NCBI GenBank assembly: GCA_973895155.1
Contig: OZ316894.1
Location: forward strand, 11,339,892-11,403,891
DNA: 64,000 bases
Direction of reading: 5' to 3'
From: Marsupella aquatica
Taxonomy: Eukaryota > Plantae > Marchantiophyta
In this document: positions 39,336-53,051 of the stretch, one piece after another
Layout: each line of letters opens with the position of its first letter
How positions within the stretch are numbered: the first letter of the stretch is position 1
Notes under the pieces: generated by a model
The model's database searches: none
Told to the model about the DNA's origin: nothing
What the model saw: only the letters and a program-made list of their open reading frames with translations
Position numbers and translations under genes: made by a program

Positions 39336-41353
39336 ATGTTTGTGCCATTAGTGCGGGTATGAGCTAGCTGCAAACACGGAGGAGGGGAGGGGTTAGTAGG
39401 TACTTGCTTTAAATTTTCTCCTCGCAAAAACAAATGGGTTTAAGATTGCCCGGCTCACAATAGATCAAAGAAGGCTAAAGAAGGGAAAAGGAACATAACT
39501 AAGGGAGGGGATGCAAAGGCCAAATAGCCTTAAAATCAACGACAGCCAAGCAGGTAAGGAGAGCTCCACCAGCATTGGTTCATCAAAGAATCAGTTCAAT
39601 TAACTCAAGCTGTGTGAGTAGCCAAAGGCTGGAGTCCCAACAAAATATGAGAAATGCAGTTAAATGAAAGAACATGGAGACTATAACAATGTGTGCTGCC
39701 GAACTAAAGATTCCAAATAAGAAAATGTTTATTTTAACTACAATGACATGGAATTAGAGACTTTCATACCAGGAGGATTTTAGTATCCCATCCAAGTTGA
39801 CTTGTTTGGATGGAGATCCTCTCCGGGGCTTACTACTCCTTCAATAAAACTCAAATTGAATGATGTGTTTCTCCTTGATCCAGGCAAAACATTTGGAATG
39901 GAGATCAAATTGTTATAGCTCCCCGATACAAAATGCCATTTCAGCTTTTTAATGCATCATTCAATATATATCATTGATCAAAACCAAACCCTGGATGGAC
40001 CGAGAAGTTGTTCATGCCCATTCCGATGGACTCCATGAAGTCATCAACCAGCTTACACTGAAAAAGAGAGACTGACTGGATTTTGGATAGTGTTTGGGAA
40101 GGATGTTTCACTTTTGCAAAGGGTCCATGAGCAGTTTGGGTCTGAGCAATGAAACATGCTTCCAGGTTGTTGTTTTTGTTTTTATAGCAGACACCATATT
40201 TATGCCTGGGTGCGCTGCATGATAGCAACACTAAATTCTGTTCTGGCGTTGTCTCACAGATTGAGACAAAGTCAAAAAGTCATTTGAGCACCTCCCAACT
40301 GATCTATAGAATGGTAATCTCTCTGAAATGGCTGCAAATGGTCAGGAGCATGTTTATAAGTCACAATTCAATCAAAAGTATAAAAAGTGCTATTTGAGTC
40401 TATTTTTAACACTCTAAGAAAGTCCATCTAAGACTTTTCAGTCCATCCAGGCGTCACAGACAATGTGCTGGCCCATCCTGGCTTCAGACTCTCGTTACAT
40501 CACATGTAAATTATGTATCCTATCCAAGCAAATCATTTGAAGCTATGCCAGACTTTTTACTTTGTTGCTTAGTAGGGTTCTAGTCCTTGTCTTTGTTCTT
40601 CAGCCCTTGTTTGGGACTCTTGCTCAATCTTCCCTTTGTTTTCCCTTTGCTTACCCCTTTTTTGACCTTCTTGCCTTTTGGGGATCCTGTCTCCGGGTAA
40701 GGCGCCTTTTGTTCTTGCAATCTCCTATTTAATGGAAGCTTCTAGCTCCCCCACCCTATACAATTACATTACAATAGACCATAAAGAAATAACAGTTAGT
40801 CTACAGATAGATCTTTAAAAGAAAACTTGTTGCAGGCAAGAAAGAAGCCCCTCGCTTTTTGCGACAGAGAACTCGTTCGAGGCAAGAAAGAAGACTCACG
40901 CTTTTTTTGACCTCTGGTGGGACCGTGGGGGTAAGTGAGTGGATTGCAAGCCCCCCATTAAATTAATCATATACACAGCATAAGGGTACCCCAGTACCCC
41001 AGTACCCCTCCGCCCCTCGAATCCTTTCTCTGTTCCACAGAAGCTCAGAAGATCTGATGATCCAGAAGAAGAAGAAGAAGACGACAGTCAAGTCGAAGAC
41101 GAGTTTTAGTCCAGTCCAGTCGAGCAGTCCGTCCTGGAATAGGACGAAGAGGGTAAGAGCAGAAGCAATTCCTTTTCGTTCTCTGGATTGACTTGCTGAC
41201 CATCGAGCGACTACAAGTACAAAAGGGAAGGAGGAGGAAATGAGCGAGTATAAGTACAAAAGGATCGAGGAGGAGGGCAGGAGACGGATTGCCACTAGTT
41301 GACGCAGTTGTTGCGAGGCAAGAGCTTGTCATTAAATAACGGAGAGGGGACCC

Positions 41354-41400
41354 GAGAGAGAGAGAGAGAGAGAGAAAGAGCGAGAGAGAGAGAGAGAGAG
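41354..41400. repeat. (GA)n microsatellite upstream of the bHLH gene
   Basis: Direct GA run; GAGA tracts are known BPC/BBR binding elements in plants. Confidence 0.85.
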
Positions 41401-41796
41401 CAACAGTTGGTAGACAGAACATAGAGTGAAGCACAGACTTCGAGGTAATCACAGAAGGAGGAGTGCCAGCCTTGCATTGAGCAGGTGGGTGTTGTTTTGC
41501 AGTAGAGAGCGAGCAAGAGAGATGTTGTAGTTGTTGCTCTGTACAAAAGAAGAACGGCAGGGAACGAGAGAGAGAACGAGAGAGAGGCTTTGGAGAATCA
41601 GAGGACCGTGCATTGCTTGCTGGGTCTCTAGGGGGAAATCGTTTTTCAGCGAGTTACATGGTGCAGGGGCGAGGACGGAAAATCTGGTGTCTGTGGATTG
41701 CAGACAGAGAGAGTGAGAGAGGTCCGAGGAGGAGAAAGTATCGATATTATTGTGGTTTGACTACTGCTGCTAGTACTACGACGACGTCGAGAAATC

Positions 41797-42669
41797 ATGC
41801 CCCCGATGGATTCGTCGGCGTCACTATACTTCGATAGCTCCTGGATGATGGATGACACCTACCCGGATTTATTCGATGAGAAAGGGGAAACTGACCTCTT
41901 CTCAAGACAGGCCATGATCGCCACCAGTTTCGCAAACCCGAGCAACAGTAGCGAATCGTGTATGTCGAAAGTTGAGAAGGTGGTAGGCGGCGTTTGTGTC
42001 AGCCCTTCGCAGTGTATGGCTGATATCAATGCTGCGATAAGTACTGCTGGCTGCTTCTCAACGAATCCCTTGCTCTACGACGCTCTCCCAGCCCCGAGCA
42101 ACAGCGGCGAATCGTGTATGTCTAAAGTTGAGCAGGTATGCGGCGTCGTTGGTGGCAGCACTCAGCAGCACATTATGGCCGCTATCAATGTCGCGCTAAA
42201 TTCTGGTGCGGCAGACAAATCGATTCCTGCATTGAGGGAAAGTGCTATGGCGGAGCAATTTGCTCAGACCGAAATGTGGAAGGCTCGGGGTCCCGGAGGA
42301 TTTGATATGAACCTTGTGGCGAACAGTAGGCCGAAACGACGTAATGTGAAAATTTCCAAGGATCCGCAAAGTGTGGCTGCCAGGCATCGGAGAGAGAGGA
42401 TTAGTGACAGGATTCGTATTCTTCAAAGGCTGGTACCCGGCGGCACGAAGATGGACACTGCTTCCATGCTGGACGAGGCCATTCATTACGTGAAGTTTCT
42501 CAAGGCACAATTACATAGCCTTGAGAAGGCCAGCAATACACACAGTACTAGTTTCGATTCTCGCCTGGCTTTCGCGGCAAGCTCATTGTACCGTAATGGT
42601 AGCATGGCAGGGGTACCTCACAGCACGCTGGGGATTGATTACTCACCAATGCAAAAGCACGTACAGTAG
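41797..42669 (+). CDS. HEC: HECATE/INDEHISCENT-like bHLH transcription factor (subfamily VIIIb), intronless, 290 aa
   Basis: [59 protein letters not shown] is the VIIIb signature. Start is ATG 41797 or 41806. Confidence 0.95.
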   Translation: MPPMDSSASLYFDSSWMMDDTYPDLFDEKGETDLFSRQAMIATSFANPSNSSESCMSKVEKVVGGVCVSPSQCMADINAAISTAGCFSTNPLLYDALPAPSNSGESCMSKVEQVCGVVGGSTQQHIMAAINVALNSGAADKSIPALRESAMAEQFAQTEMWKARGPGGFDMNLVANSRPKRRNVKISKDPQSVAARHRRERISDRIRILQRLVPGGTKMDTASMLDEAIHYVKFLKAQLHSLEKASNTHSTSFDSRLAFAASSLYRNGSMAGVPHSTLGIDYSPMQKHVQ

Positions 42670-45600
42670 TTTCATGATGAAATCAATTGAATGCTTGATT
42701 AATCTCAAGTCATGTTCAATTCCATATGTGGTTCTGTCATGAGGACGTCTTCGAATTCAGAGGCACAGATCGATAGCTCTCACGCAGAATGAAGACGCTG
42801 GACGTTCAATGAACCAGGATGTTGATAAACATGTATATCCTTTCTCATTCTCCTCGGCAGTCTAGGGAGGTCAGGGGGGAATAGTTCTCCGTAAGTCACG
42901 CACTTGAGCAGATTAGGCGCAGGAACTTACACCACTGTCCTCCAGGCCGATGCCTGTTTTTCAGGAACTCCACTGTCACCGTAGACTACTTCTGTTCATG
43001 GCTCTCAAATTCGATTTAATTTAGTCAGAGAAAATCTCGATACCTAGCTAGCCTGGGCAACCAAATTTGTTTATACTTTCAGCTTTCTATTGGTGCATAT
43101 ACGAGAGCCCTTGTGAGAGTCTTATCGAGTAGACCGTCAGCTTATAATTGAGCGAGCTGTTTTTCCGCTGGTGCTTCGCACGGCAAGCTTTTTCGTTTCT
43201 CGACTTCCGTTTCGATTCGTTCCGGATGATGATGATGATGATGGTGATGTAAGGCGCCCGGCCAGTTCTCCTGTTTGGAACGGCCCGGGTGGTAGAAGCC
43301 TGTGGCTGCCAAGTGCGGCGGTCCCATAGACCTCAATGATTGTGAAAGACTGGTCTCGGCGATGCCGAAACCTTGCCATGTATTCTCTTGGTTGAATAAT
43401 ACAAGCGATAGGCTGGGTGGTGATAAAACATGTGTTTTTGATGAATGTTTATCAACTCGGAATGCTGTCAGTAACTTTCTGCGGTGGGACAAGGTGATCA
43501 ATGCTTTACAGTGAATAGCTTAAGAACCAAGCTTGGTGAACTCAATCACTTTGCAAATCGTGACCGTTGCTCGTGTTTTGGGTGAAGGCTCTCGTCATGT
43601 TGGGAGAACTGTGGTAACCATGAAGGCTGCTTGATGACGTATGTGCGTGCGATCCACTGTGGACTTGCTTGTTCTCGTGATGAGGGCCCCCAGAAACGAA
43701 GAAGTGGCTCTGGCAATATAGACCTGGTGATCTTAATAGATGGTAATCATAATAGATCACTCTCGCTACACCCAAGTGTGCCAATACAATTCCATATTCC
43801 ATTACAATCGTTCGGGCAAATTTGATTTTGTTAATGGAGCTGTTGAGCAGCTGCGAGTGTAATCACGAGAGTGGCTGGCCACTACCACTAAGCCAGATAC
43901 AATAAGATTCACTTCATACGAAGGACAAGATTGTATCTAATCTTCCGGCTAAATCTGAGCCCGTAGCAATTAGATGCCCCTCGACTCTAGTGATGAGAAG
44001 ACGAATGTATACCTGGAGCAATGAGAGCAATTGAGTGGACACATGCAGAACTTCTGAGCTGGAGTAAGATGGTTTCTGATCAGGAAGATAAAAGAATGGG
44101 GTACTGAGTGAGAGCCAATTGCGATCTAGCAGACTTTGATATTGTGACTTCGAGAAATTATGTATTCCAAGTGCATTCTCCTCAAGTGAACCCCTCATAT
44201 GTAAAGTTATCTAATAGGGTGTCTCAAATATAATCAGCAGGGCAGTCCGAGTTTAGGTTGGGGGAAGTGGCCAAAAAATGCAATGCACTCCTTGTGCCTA
44301 GCCTGCACACTTGTGTTGCGAGTTTTTACCATGCTGGCCAGTTCCCCCCACCATGGCCTGGCTGTTAAGGGGCCACAAAAAATGAACTCAAATAGTCTAT
44401 GCACCACAAACTCACCCCAGGCCACATTAGTGGCACTGGCCCTATCCTGAGGATCTACATTGAGACCCTTTAATAACCACAATTATATATCATGTTCCAA
44501 AATTACAAACAGTGCCTAAAACGGAGACAGGATCCCATAGGCTGGAGACCCAATAAAGGAGATAAAACCACAGAAAAGGGAAGACAATCAAAGCCAAAAA
44601 GCCAGCAATAGCCCCCAATGAGCCAATGAGCGCAAACTAACTAGAGCTCTACAGTAACAACAAACTGAAAGGAGTGGTAGAATTATGGAGGAAACCACAT
44701 AGGAGGGTTCCCAAGAGGAAATTGCCCCCTAAAACCAACAGCCTCAGATTTACGGAGAATAGTGAATATTTGAGCCTTCTAGAATGCAATAACCACCCCA
44801 TGACAGAAGCCCATGAGGACTGAAACTGGAGAATAAGGCCTTTGCCCTCATAACCATCGAAGAGGTGTTTTAAGTCATGGGCAATATACATATTCACATA
44901 GGTAAGAAACATATTCTCAAAAGTAGTCAACATACAAACTCACTATTGAAACATAGCAACTTGCAACTGTGAGTATCTTCTTAAGTAAGAGGGATGTAGT
45001 GGCCTGCTGGTGCCCCCATCAATGTGGTTCACGCGGAATAAACATAAATTTAAAATAAAAAAGTAAGAGTGCTGTCAAACTTTACATTTCCTGTATTTCT
45101 ATCCCTCCAATACTTTTGTTCTTGATGACATAGTATTTTAATTTACTGATACAACATGTATGAGACCCTTCATTCAGTGATCCAAATTGTAATTTGACCT
45201 TGATAGACCTTGAATCAACCTACCCAAATTTAGGGGTCTTATCAAGCAACACTGTTCATTTTGGGGTCCCATCCTATTTGAAAAACTCAAAACTCGGAGG
45301 GGCCCACTCAATTACTCATGAATCCATCTGTACAAACTTATCCACGCACAAAATTCTGTGATCTTAGGTTGAACTGGCTTCTTGGACTGTCTCAATTTCT
45401 TTCACTCACATTATCAACCTACTGTAGTCCTCGATCAATTTTTGTTGTTGTTTCTTCTGGAGAACAATATTTTGCCAAGAACGAGTAGTCTAAAATTCAG
45501 GTAGAATTCTTCATGCATTTAGTTTCTCCTCAGTAATAATTGCAATGTTTCTGATCTCCTAGTCAAATGAATTCCTTAACATTTGTGCATTTAATTTCTC

Positions 45601-47720
45601 TTTGTTGGAGCTAACCAATTCCCGGTTCCATGCGAAATCAATTATTTTACAAGCTGATTAAATTATCTCTCCAGCACTCATTCATTGCCAGTGCCACAAA
45701 ATGAACAGTGAACTGACTTGAGCTCAACACATCTCCCTTTTTCTCTTTGTTCACACAACCCAATTTGGCCAAGTGTGCGTGAAGTACAATAGCGAGAACA
45801 TATGTACACAACCCAAATTTGAGCAAGCACGGGTCTAGTACAACAGTGACAACAAAAATTTGTATGCACCCCTTAGAGCAAGTCAGGTGACTCTTAATGG
45901 GAAGTCAGAATTTCCTAGAAGGAACCCCTCAACCGCCAATGTGCATAGTAGTTGTAGGACATGGGAAAAGCAGACGCATGCCTTTGGAAGAGTTACAAGT
46001 TACCCGTAGCTCTCATTATAAAATGCACATGGTTCAGTTTCAGTGTGAATGGACTTTGGTTTTATGGTGAGTACACTGTTCACAATTGGCAAGGATGCAC
46101 AGTAGCCAACACCGAATGGGGCCCTTTTATATGGGCAGGTGTGGCTTAGAAAAAGCCCCCAACTGGTAATGTTGAGGGTGGTGGTCTTGTAGGGCATTAA
46201 GAAGAGCCCAGTCTCTTTTTTTCTGTATTTTGTTAGGGAGCCAAGCTGAATACCCCCTTCCCACCCTCAGAGCCTCCTTGCTATTATATAGGATAATCTG
46301 TCAGATTCTCCTAGAAACATGGAGTCACTATGAGGGTGTGTCAAACCAGCCCCATAACTCACATACGGCCAAGGCCATAAAACTATTTTATGCCCAGGAT
46401 GTAAGTCATTACAGGCTACCTAATTACAAGCCCCATAAGAATCTTACGGCTGAAGAGTTTGGCCCATAGGACTTTGTTTGTGGCGATCTTTTGACACCCT
46501 ATTCCTAGGACCTGGTGAATGAATCATATCCATAGATCTGTGTTTGGCAAATGGCCTCAGCGTTTCAATGATTCTCCCTTTATATCATTAGCCACAGCAA
46601 TTTGGAGGTAAGATTTTGCCAGAAGCTTGCCTGGTGTGTATTACCCTGTGGGTTCCTTGTCAAATTAAATGTCATGGCAGACTTTTAAAATTATTGCCTT
46701 GTAAGGTAAGTAGATGCCCACCCACTATGGTCATTGTCATTTGAACTGTACTGGCCAGTTGTTGAAGTGGGGTGGAGATGCTCTAAGAAAACTGAACTGA
46801 CCTTGGCTAATGGAAGGGCTTGCAGTTTGGGTTGAGTATGCCCACAACATATGGAATTGAAAAATACCTTAGCCTGTTCATGGGATTTCAGCCACTACTG
46901 TTAATGTTTGTTGACTAATTTAGAAACTGCATAAAATAGCTTGCCTCCATATCTTTAACAAATCACCACCTGCACTTGGGGATGAGATCCATAAATTGCC
47001 ACCCACTGCTTGACATGCTGCAATACCAGGTGCAAAGCTGCCAAGTGCAGGGCAGTGAAATTTGGGACTGCATACATTTTAGTAAGTGCTCACTCACTGG
47101 AGTTTTCTTCCTGCTGCGAGTTTGATTTTCCTACAGGAGTTTGAGTGACACATTGCGGCTGAAATCTTGTTGATCACTATGGAAGAGCATTTTGCATTGT
47201 CTCATTACAAGTGACAAGTTACGGCTGGAAGATTGCTGATAAATATGGAGGAGCATTTTGTGCTTGCCTACTAGGATGACCGCAAATGCTGCCAAATGTA
47301 GCAGCCACCTATTCCCATGTGGGTGATTGGCCTCCATCCGTTATTTTGGAGATATGTGTGACAATGGCAAGCTTCGACTGGACAAACACAACTGCCAAAG
47401 AAAAAAATGGAGGTCATAACCCTTTTCCAGCCATTGCTGGAAATACATACAGGCCCCTGGAAGTGCATACTTAGGTGGCCTAAACATTGCCTGAAGGAAT
47501 GAGCTAACAGTTTTGTCTAAATTGAAGGCCAGAGGTAGGGAAACCCTTCTCATCCAAATACAATACAAGGGCAGGGTTCTATTGTGTTGCAAACATGTAA
47601 CTGGTAATAACCTGTGTTTTCACTGTTTTTTACAAGTGTTTCTCTGAAATGTGTAACTTATGTTCATAAGAAGTGGAAGGGCATACCTTAACCTGTATCT
47701 TATATAAAAAGGCGCAAAGG

Positions 47721-47879
47721 GAAGCTAGAGTTGAGGTCTAGGCTTCTACAGTGAAGCCTCTAGACGGTGACTCTAGGGCCCCACCATAATACATGTACAT
47801 AGAAATGAGTATGTTAGGATATGTATGAGTGTTAAAATGATGGGCCCAGGCATGATGGTTTTTGTATCATTTCATTAAC
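47721..47879 (-). repeat. Dispersed hairpin-containing repeat (MITE-like), copy 2
   Basis: AAGCTAGAGT...GTGAAGCC.CTAGAC..TGACTCTAGGGCCCCACCA matches the reverse complement of 20950-21014. Confidence 0.7.
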
Positions 47880-48138
47880 CTTCAAAGAACTGGAATATAT
47901 CTTGTTGACACTTTTAATAATAGTTCTCTCCTCTATTCACTTTCAAAGAACTGGTAGTCCAGGATAGTTTGAATAAGAGTCAGTAGTTCTATTTCCTATT
48001 CAAACTCTAAATACCCCTATGTAATTAGTGGTAGTAAAGACTACTTGCAGTAAATAGTCTAGACTGAGGCTTAGCAGCTGAATTGGGAGAAAACCCTCTC
48101 TTCTAGATTGTTGTCACTCCATACCATGATAAAGCCAA

Positions 48139-48165
48139 CTAGTTCAATACCCGTGCGTTGCACAA
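48139..48165 (-). mobile_element. Helitron 3' terminus (element extends to higher coordinates; 5' end not located)
   Basis: Minus strand reads GTGCAACGCACGGGTATTGAACTAG|T: a GC hairpin followed by CTAG then T. Confidence 0.65.
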
Positions 48166-50108
48166 AAGATGTTGTGAAGAAAAATGATGTTGTGAAGAAA
48201 AAAGATGCTGTGTTGCCCAAGATGTCATGAAGAGGAAAAATGTTGTGTGGCCCAATATGTCATGAAGAAAAACTATGTTGTGTCGCTCAAGATGTTGTGA
48301 ACAATAAAGATGTCATGAAGCTTACTTTGCTTTGGCTGCCTTTTCAAAAACCATTTTTGTCACCCCTTGCATCCCAAAACCCCATTGGCAACCCCAAATT
48401 TTTGGTTACTTTAAGCATTTAACTTAAAGTTGCTGCAGCCGCTTACTTGGCTTTGGCCAGTGCCGAGACCTCTTGGGGCAATGACATGGGTCAGTCCACT
48501 TTTCAACAGACCTTGGAACCCCTTTGGTAACCTCAATCATCCAAGCTTACTCGGATCCTTACTCGCCAACGCCATGCCCCTTGGGGTGGTGGTGTGCTTT
48601 AAAAATTTCCCAACAATGGATGTTTGAGAGGAGGTGGTCCCCTCATATGTACATCTGGGGACCTGCCACCCTAGGACCACATTTGGTCCCAATATTTGGC
48701 CCCCAACCCATGAGTTTTTCAATTCTAAATCGTGTGGCAAGGGATAAAGGCAAGGCTGCCCCTCACCCGGGAGTTGGAACCAACCCAAGGGGTTGAGTTA
48801 GGACTGGGGAGGGCTGCCCCCACACTGTCCGAATTCATAGTGCCCTGGCCCAACACCCCTAGCCACACACTGACCGAGACCCTGATATGCCGAGTTCAGA
48901 CACCTGGACCCAAAGCCCCAAGTTCAGACTCTGGGACCAAGTTTGAGGCAAGTTGAGTCGTCATTTGAGGCGTTGTTTGGCCAAGTTTTACCCAAGTTTA
49001 ATTGTTTGAGGGCCCACGTCATTTGTCGTCGGGTATTTGTCATTTGTCATCGGACTTTTATGGTTGGGCGTTTGAGGCAATGCACCCCTCTCCATTGGAC
49101 CGCTAGTTTTGGTCGGGCGAGTCATGCGACTCAATAGGGGGTTCTAAATATCTCCCGCGGGCGATACAAAGCGGGCTGAGATGGATGCCCCAAAATGCGG
49201 ACGTTGGCCCATGAAGTGGGCACCCAACTTTGATAAGGACAATAATTTTAAGGCCCCGCATCGCCTACTGTGTAAGTCTGCATACAAAAAGTATTGGGAA
49301 GTGACCCTGTCACGGCCAATGGGTCAAATGCCTTAACCCCACTGTGCAGACCTGCCTCCCACACTTCCACACACTTTTTCCCTATGGCCGTTACTCCTAT
49401 AGATGGGCCCCCTCATGCAGGTCCTCGGGGGCTATTTGAGACCTATTAACTTGCTCGAGGCGGAAGGGCCACAGCAAGTCAGGCAAAGGGGTCCAAACAA
49501 GTCGGGCCATAGCTTGTCGCCTGCACGCGTTTGTTCCTTGGGCATTGCTCGTCGGGGCATATTTGGCCGCCTGAGGTGGTCATCAGCGTCAGGCAGACTG
49601 CAAGTCCAGACACAAACCGGAGGGTTGTGGAGGGGAGCTGGAGAGAGGAGGGTCAGACGGTGAGGCCTCGGCCAAGCCTGGACGTAGTCGGACAGGGAGG
49701 CAGCGGGTGCGAGGCAGCAAGGGTGTCTGGTCGCAAGGCATTGTTGAGGCAGCGAGGGCATAAGGGCATCAAGGGTGAGGCTGCTAGGGCATAAGGGCGT
49801 CGAGGTGTCGAGGCTGCAAGGGCGTCAAGGGGAGGCCGCGAGGGCGTCCGGCGTGAGTCAGCTGTGTTATGGGTAACTGCATCATCAGCTCATGAAGGCA
49901 AGGCTACAAGGGCATTCGGCCGCGTCACAGGTGACTGCATCATTGGCTCATCAAGGCAAACTTGTTGTCAAGGGCCTGCATCAAGGGAATCAAGGAAATC
50001 ACCATTTTCTTGGGTAGCATCCCTTCTTCTCTTTCCCCATTTTGAATTTTTTCACCCAAAACAACCCTGTAAATTGAAATGACTTCCACACCATTGTTTG
50101 ACACAACA

Positions 50109-50179
50109 GTTTATTATAGTTCTTGATCATTAAGTGTTATTCTAAGTCTGAATTTGGCTGTGGGGTTCTATGACACCTT

Positions 50180-50216
<37 letters not shown>

Positions 50217-50425
50217 TGTCCCGTTTATTATAGTTCTTGATCATTCAGTGTTATTCTAAGTCTGAATTTGATACCTTGGAGAGAGAGAGAGAGAGATGAT
50301 AGGTTGTACCGTTTATTATAGTTCTTGATCATTCAGTGTTACTCTAAGTCTGAATTTGGCTGTCGGGTTCTATGTGCAATTACAGGGACACCTTGAAGAG
50401 AGAGAGAGAAAGAGAGAGAGAGAGA
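50109..50425. repeat. Three ~90-115-bp tandem units, each ending in a (GA)n run
   Basis: GTTTATTATAGTTCTTGATCATT.AGTGTTA.TCTAAGTCTGAATTTG at ~50109, ~50223, ~50311. Confidence 0.85.
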
Positions 50426-51954
50426 ATGGGATTTGATGGGTTGTCTAGGATCAGTGGAGAAACTGTCTGGTGGACCAAGACAATCACGTTTAAAACGAGG
50501 CTGAGTGATATGCATCTGACAAGAGTCATAAATGTTGCCCATGGGAGTGGAATTGTGTGTAAAATCATTGGGAATGATTAAAAAAGAGATTTATCGTGAG
50601 AACTGTGGCAACAAAAGGAATATACACCTGCATGGGGAGAGAAGAACCGAGAGAGAGAGAGAGAGAAACATGGAAACAGAACCGGAGAGAGAGAGAGAAA
50701 ACGAATGGCGTGACAGCCAGAGAGAGAGAGAGAGATCAGCTCTCTGCACAATGCCGCTAAGCTGCAAATTTGAGGCGTGGAGCTCGAGGCTCTTGGGGTT
50801 GGTACTAGCACGTGGGAGATATCCAACTTCTGGCTCGCCATCGAGCCAAACTCTAGAACAAAATAATGTCCAAGCTTATCAACTTGCCCAGTACTGATGA
50901 GCTCTTTCACTCAGTTATGGCTTCACCATCATGGCAAACGCTGACTTTGCCAACACGGTACCCCGTTGCAGACCGTTGGGAACCAGACCCACATGTGTGA
51001 CAACATTACAGGTAGTGCGATCGGAGTACGACTAGATGCGAAGTTACCATGCTCCAATCCAAAACTTGAGCGAGAGAGAGAGAAGAGAGAAGAGAGAGAG
51101 ACGACCAGATGCGAAGTACCATCCTCTATTCCGAACCTTGAGGAGAGAGAGAGAGCGCATTCCGATTGGTTATGAGTTTAGAAAGAAGAGGATGTCTGTG
51201 AATGGGGAAACCTACTACACTCAACCACAAGGATTTCGTGTCTGTGTCTCTTCTGTACAATTCGATGGACTGTCCAAGCTTGATTCAGTGGGAATGCTTG
51301 TCAATGCCAGAACTCCCAACCATTCCCAGTGACTCCCACCCATCCCAGACTTCTTAATCCACAGCGCTGACAATGTCGAGAAGAACAGACCCGTATGAAG
51401 TTAATTTGATGGAATTCCGATGCAAAGTGAGGGAGATCTTGGTAATGCATTTCTTGGCTGAAGATCGATCAATGTGAAGATAGTGAAGATGGGTTAATGT
51501 GAAGATAGTTTGATAATTTCGATGGAGTGTAGCCAGGGAGGTTCTTCAGCGAGGCATTCCCTGACCAAAATAATGGACGGTTGGATGATTGACATACGGG
51601 TGCGAAGAGACAGACAGGGTCTTAGTGAGGCACTGATTTCCGGTGCGTCGATCACGGTCGATTGCGGGGCATGCAGTCATGCACAACACAGCTCGAGCCG
51701 CCACCTACACTCTGTTATGGAATGGAACGGCGTATTGATGAGGAGATCTAGGAGACCATGTGGGTCGAGATAGGGTATCGGTCGGAGACTTGAAGGGGCC
51801 ACGTGCTATTGTGATCATTTTGTGTGCGTTGCTTTGTACTTTTGTGCGTGCGCACATCCATGATTCGCGGTACGAGCTCCGGGTTTCCGGATCGGAACAG
51901 TCTTCGTTTGGCTTTTGCAATTGGGCCCGTAATAATTGGAAAACTGGAATTCCA

Positions 51955-52140
51955 TTTGGATTTGATTTCTCACAGCCAGGGTCTCTCAATTGGATGGGAT
52001 TTCACAAACTTTCCATTATCGGTGTTCCATATGGATTTGATTTCTCACAGCCAGGCTCCTTTCCATTATCGGTGTTCGATTTCTCACAGCCAGGCTCTCT
52101 GAATTGGATGGGATTTCACAAACTTTCCATTATCGGTGTC
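51955..52140. repeat. Mosaic local duplication
   Basis: GATTTCTCACAGCCAGG x3, AATTGGATGGGATTTCACAAACTTTCCATTATCGGTGT x2. Confidence 0.8.
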
Positions 52141-52909
52141 CGCAGTCTTTGTGAACCTTTCAAGCAGGTTTCAGGAACTGAGCGTAAGCCAAAGGTGCAT
52201 TTTCTCACCGTGCGTAACACGGCAAAATAATACACAAGTCTTTCCCTTTCTGGTTTTGATTATTGTTATGATCATGTACGGGTTTGATCGTCATCGTTAT
52301 CGGTCCAAGCGTTGCAAAATATTCATGCATGACCCTGTACTTTTTACTGTGACCTAGTCTCCTGGCTCCGGCAGAAATGATTGCGCCCTAAATATATTGC
52401 GCAACCATCACAATAAAGTTACTTTTCAAGCTCTGGATATAGGAATTTGAGATGAGACATGACTGTACCGGCTTCTACTCTTATTCTCTCTGAGCTACAG
52501 TTGTTGGCGAGATGCATGATGGAAGGCATCATTAAGTCGAAAGGTACGACATTCAAAGCAAATTCACATACAGTGCTTCAATTGCGGAGCCGTTAAAATA
52601 AGTTTAAAAAGTGCACACTCACAAACGGGACTGATCTAGTGTCTCGCAAACAGGGGAGCCTCCACTTTCGCAGTGGACCTGATCTAATGATACACCCGAC
52701 CACCTCACTGGTGTATCGAAAATATAAGACTTTACATTACATGAACTTGAATCTCCCTCGTCTGCTTTATGGAGAAGGGTCCTGCTTGCCGTCTTTTGCA
52801 AGCAAGGAGAGTACATTTCAAAGTGAAAGCAGCCCTTCAGCTGACTTGGCATGGGGATAGACAACAACACAAAAAGCTAATACGAAAGTTGAGTGCGTGG
52901 TGGATGTGT

Positions 52910-53051
52910 CATGTTTGGAAGACATAGCTTGGTTTGGTTTGCATGTTTGGAAGACAAAGGTTGGATTGGTTTGGTTTGCATGTTTGGAAGACAAAGGTTG
53001 GATTGGTTTGGTTTGCATGTTTGGAAGACAAAGGTTGGTTTGGTTTGGTTT
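52910..53051. repeat. 37-bp minisatellite, ~4 copies
   Basis: GCATGTTTGGAAGACAAAGGTTGGATTGGTTTGGTTT at 52941 and 52978, a shorter copy at 53015, and a shorter first unit. Confidence 0.9.

Noticed and set aside
51760-52230. 156-aa ORF with FDFSQPG repeats
   Set aside because: GTG start; the repeats derive from a local DNA duplication.
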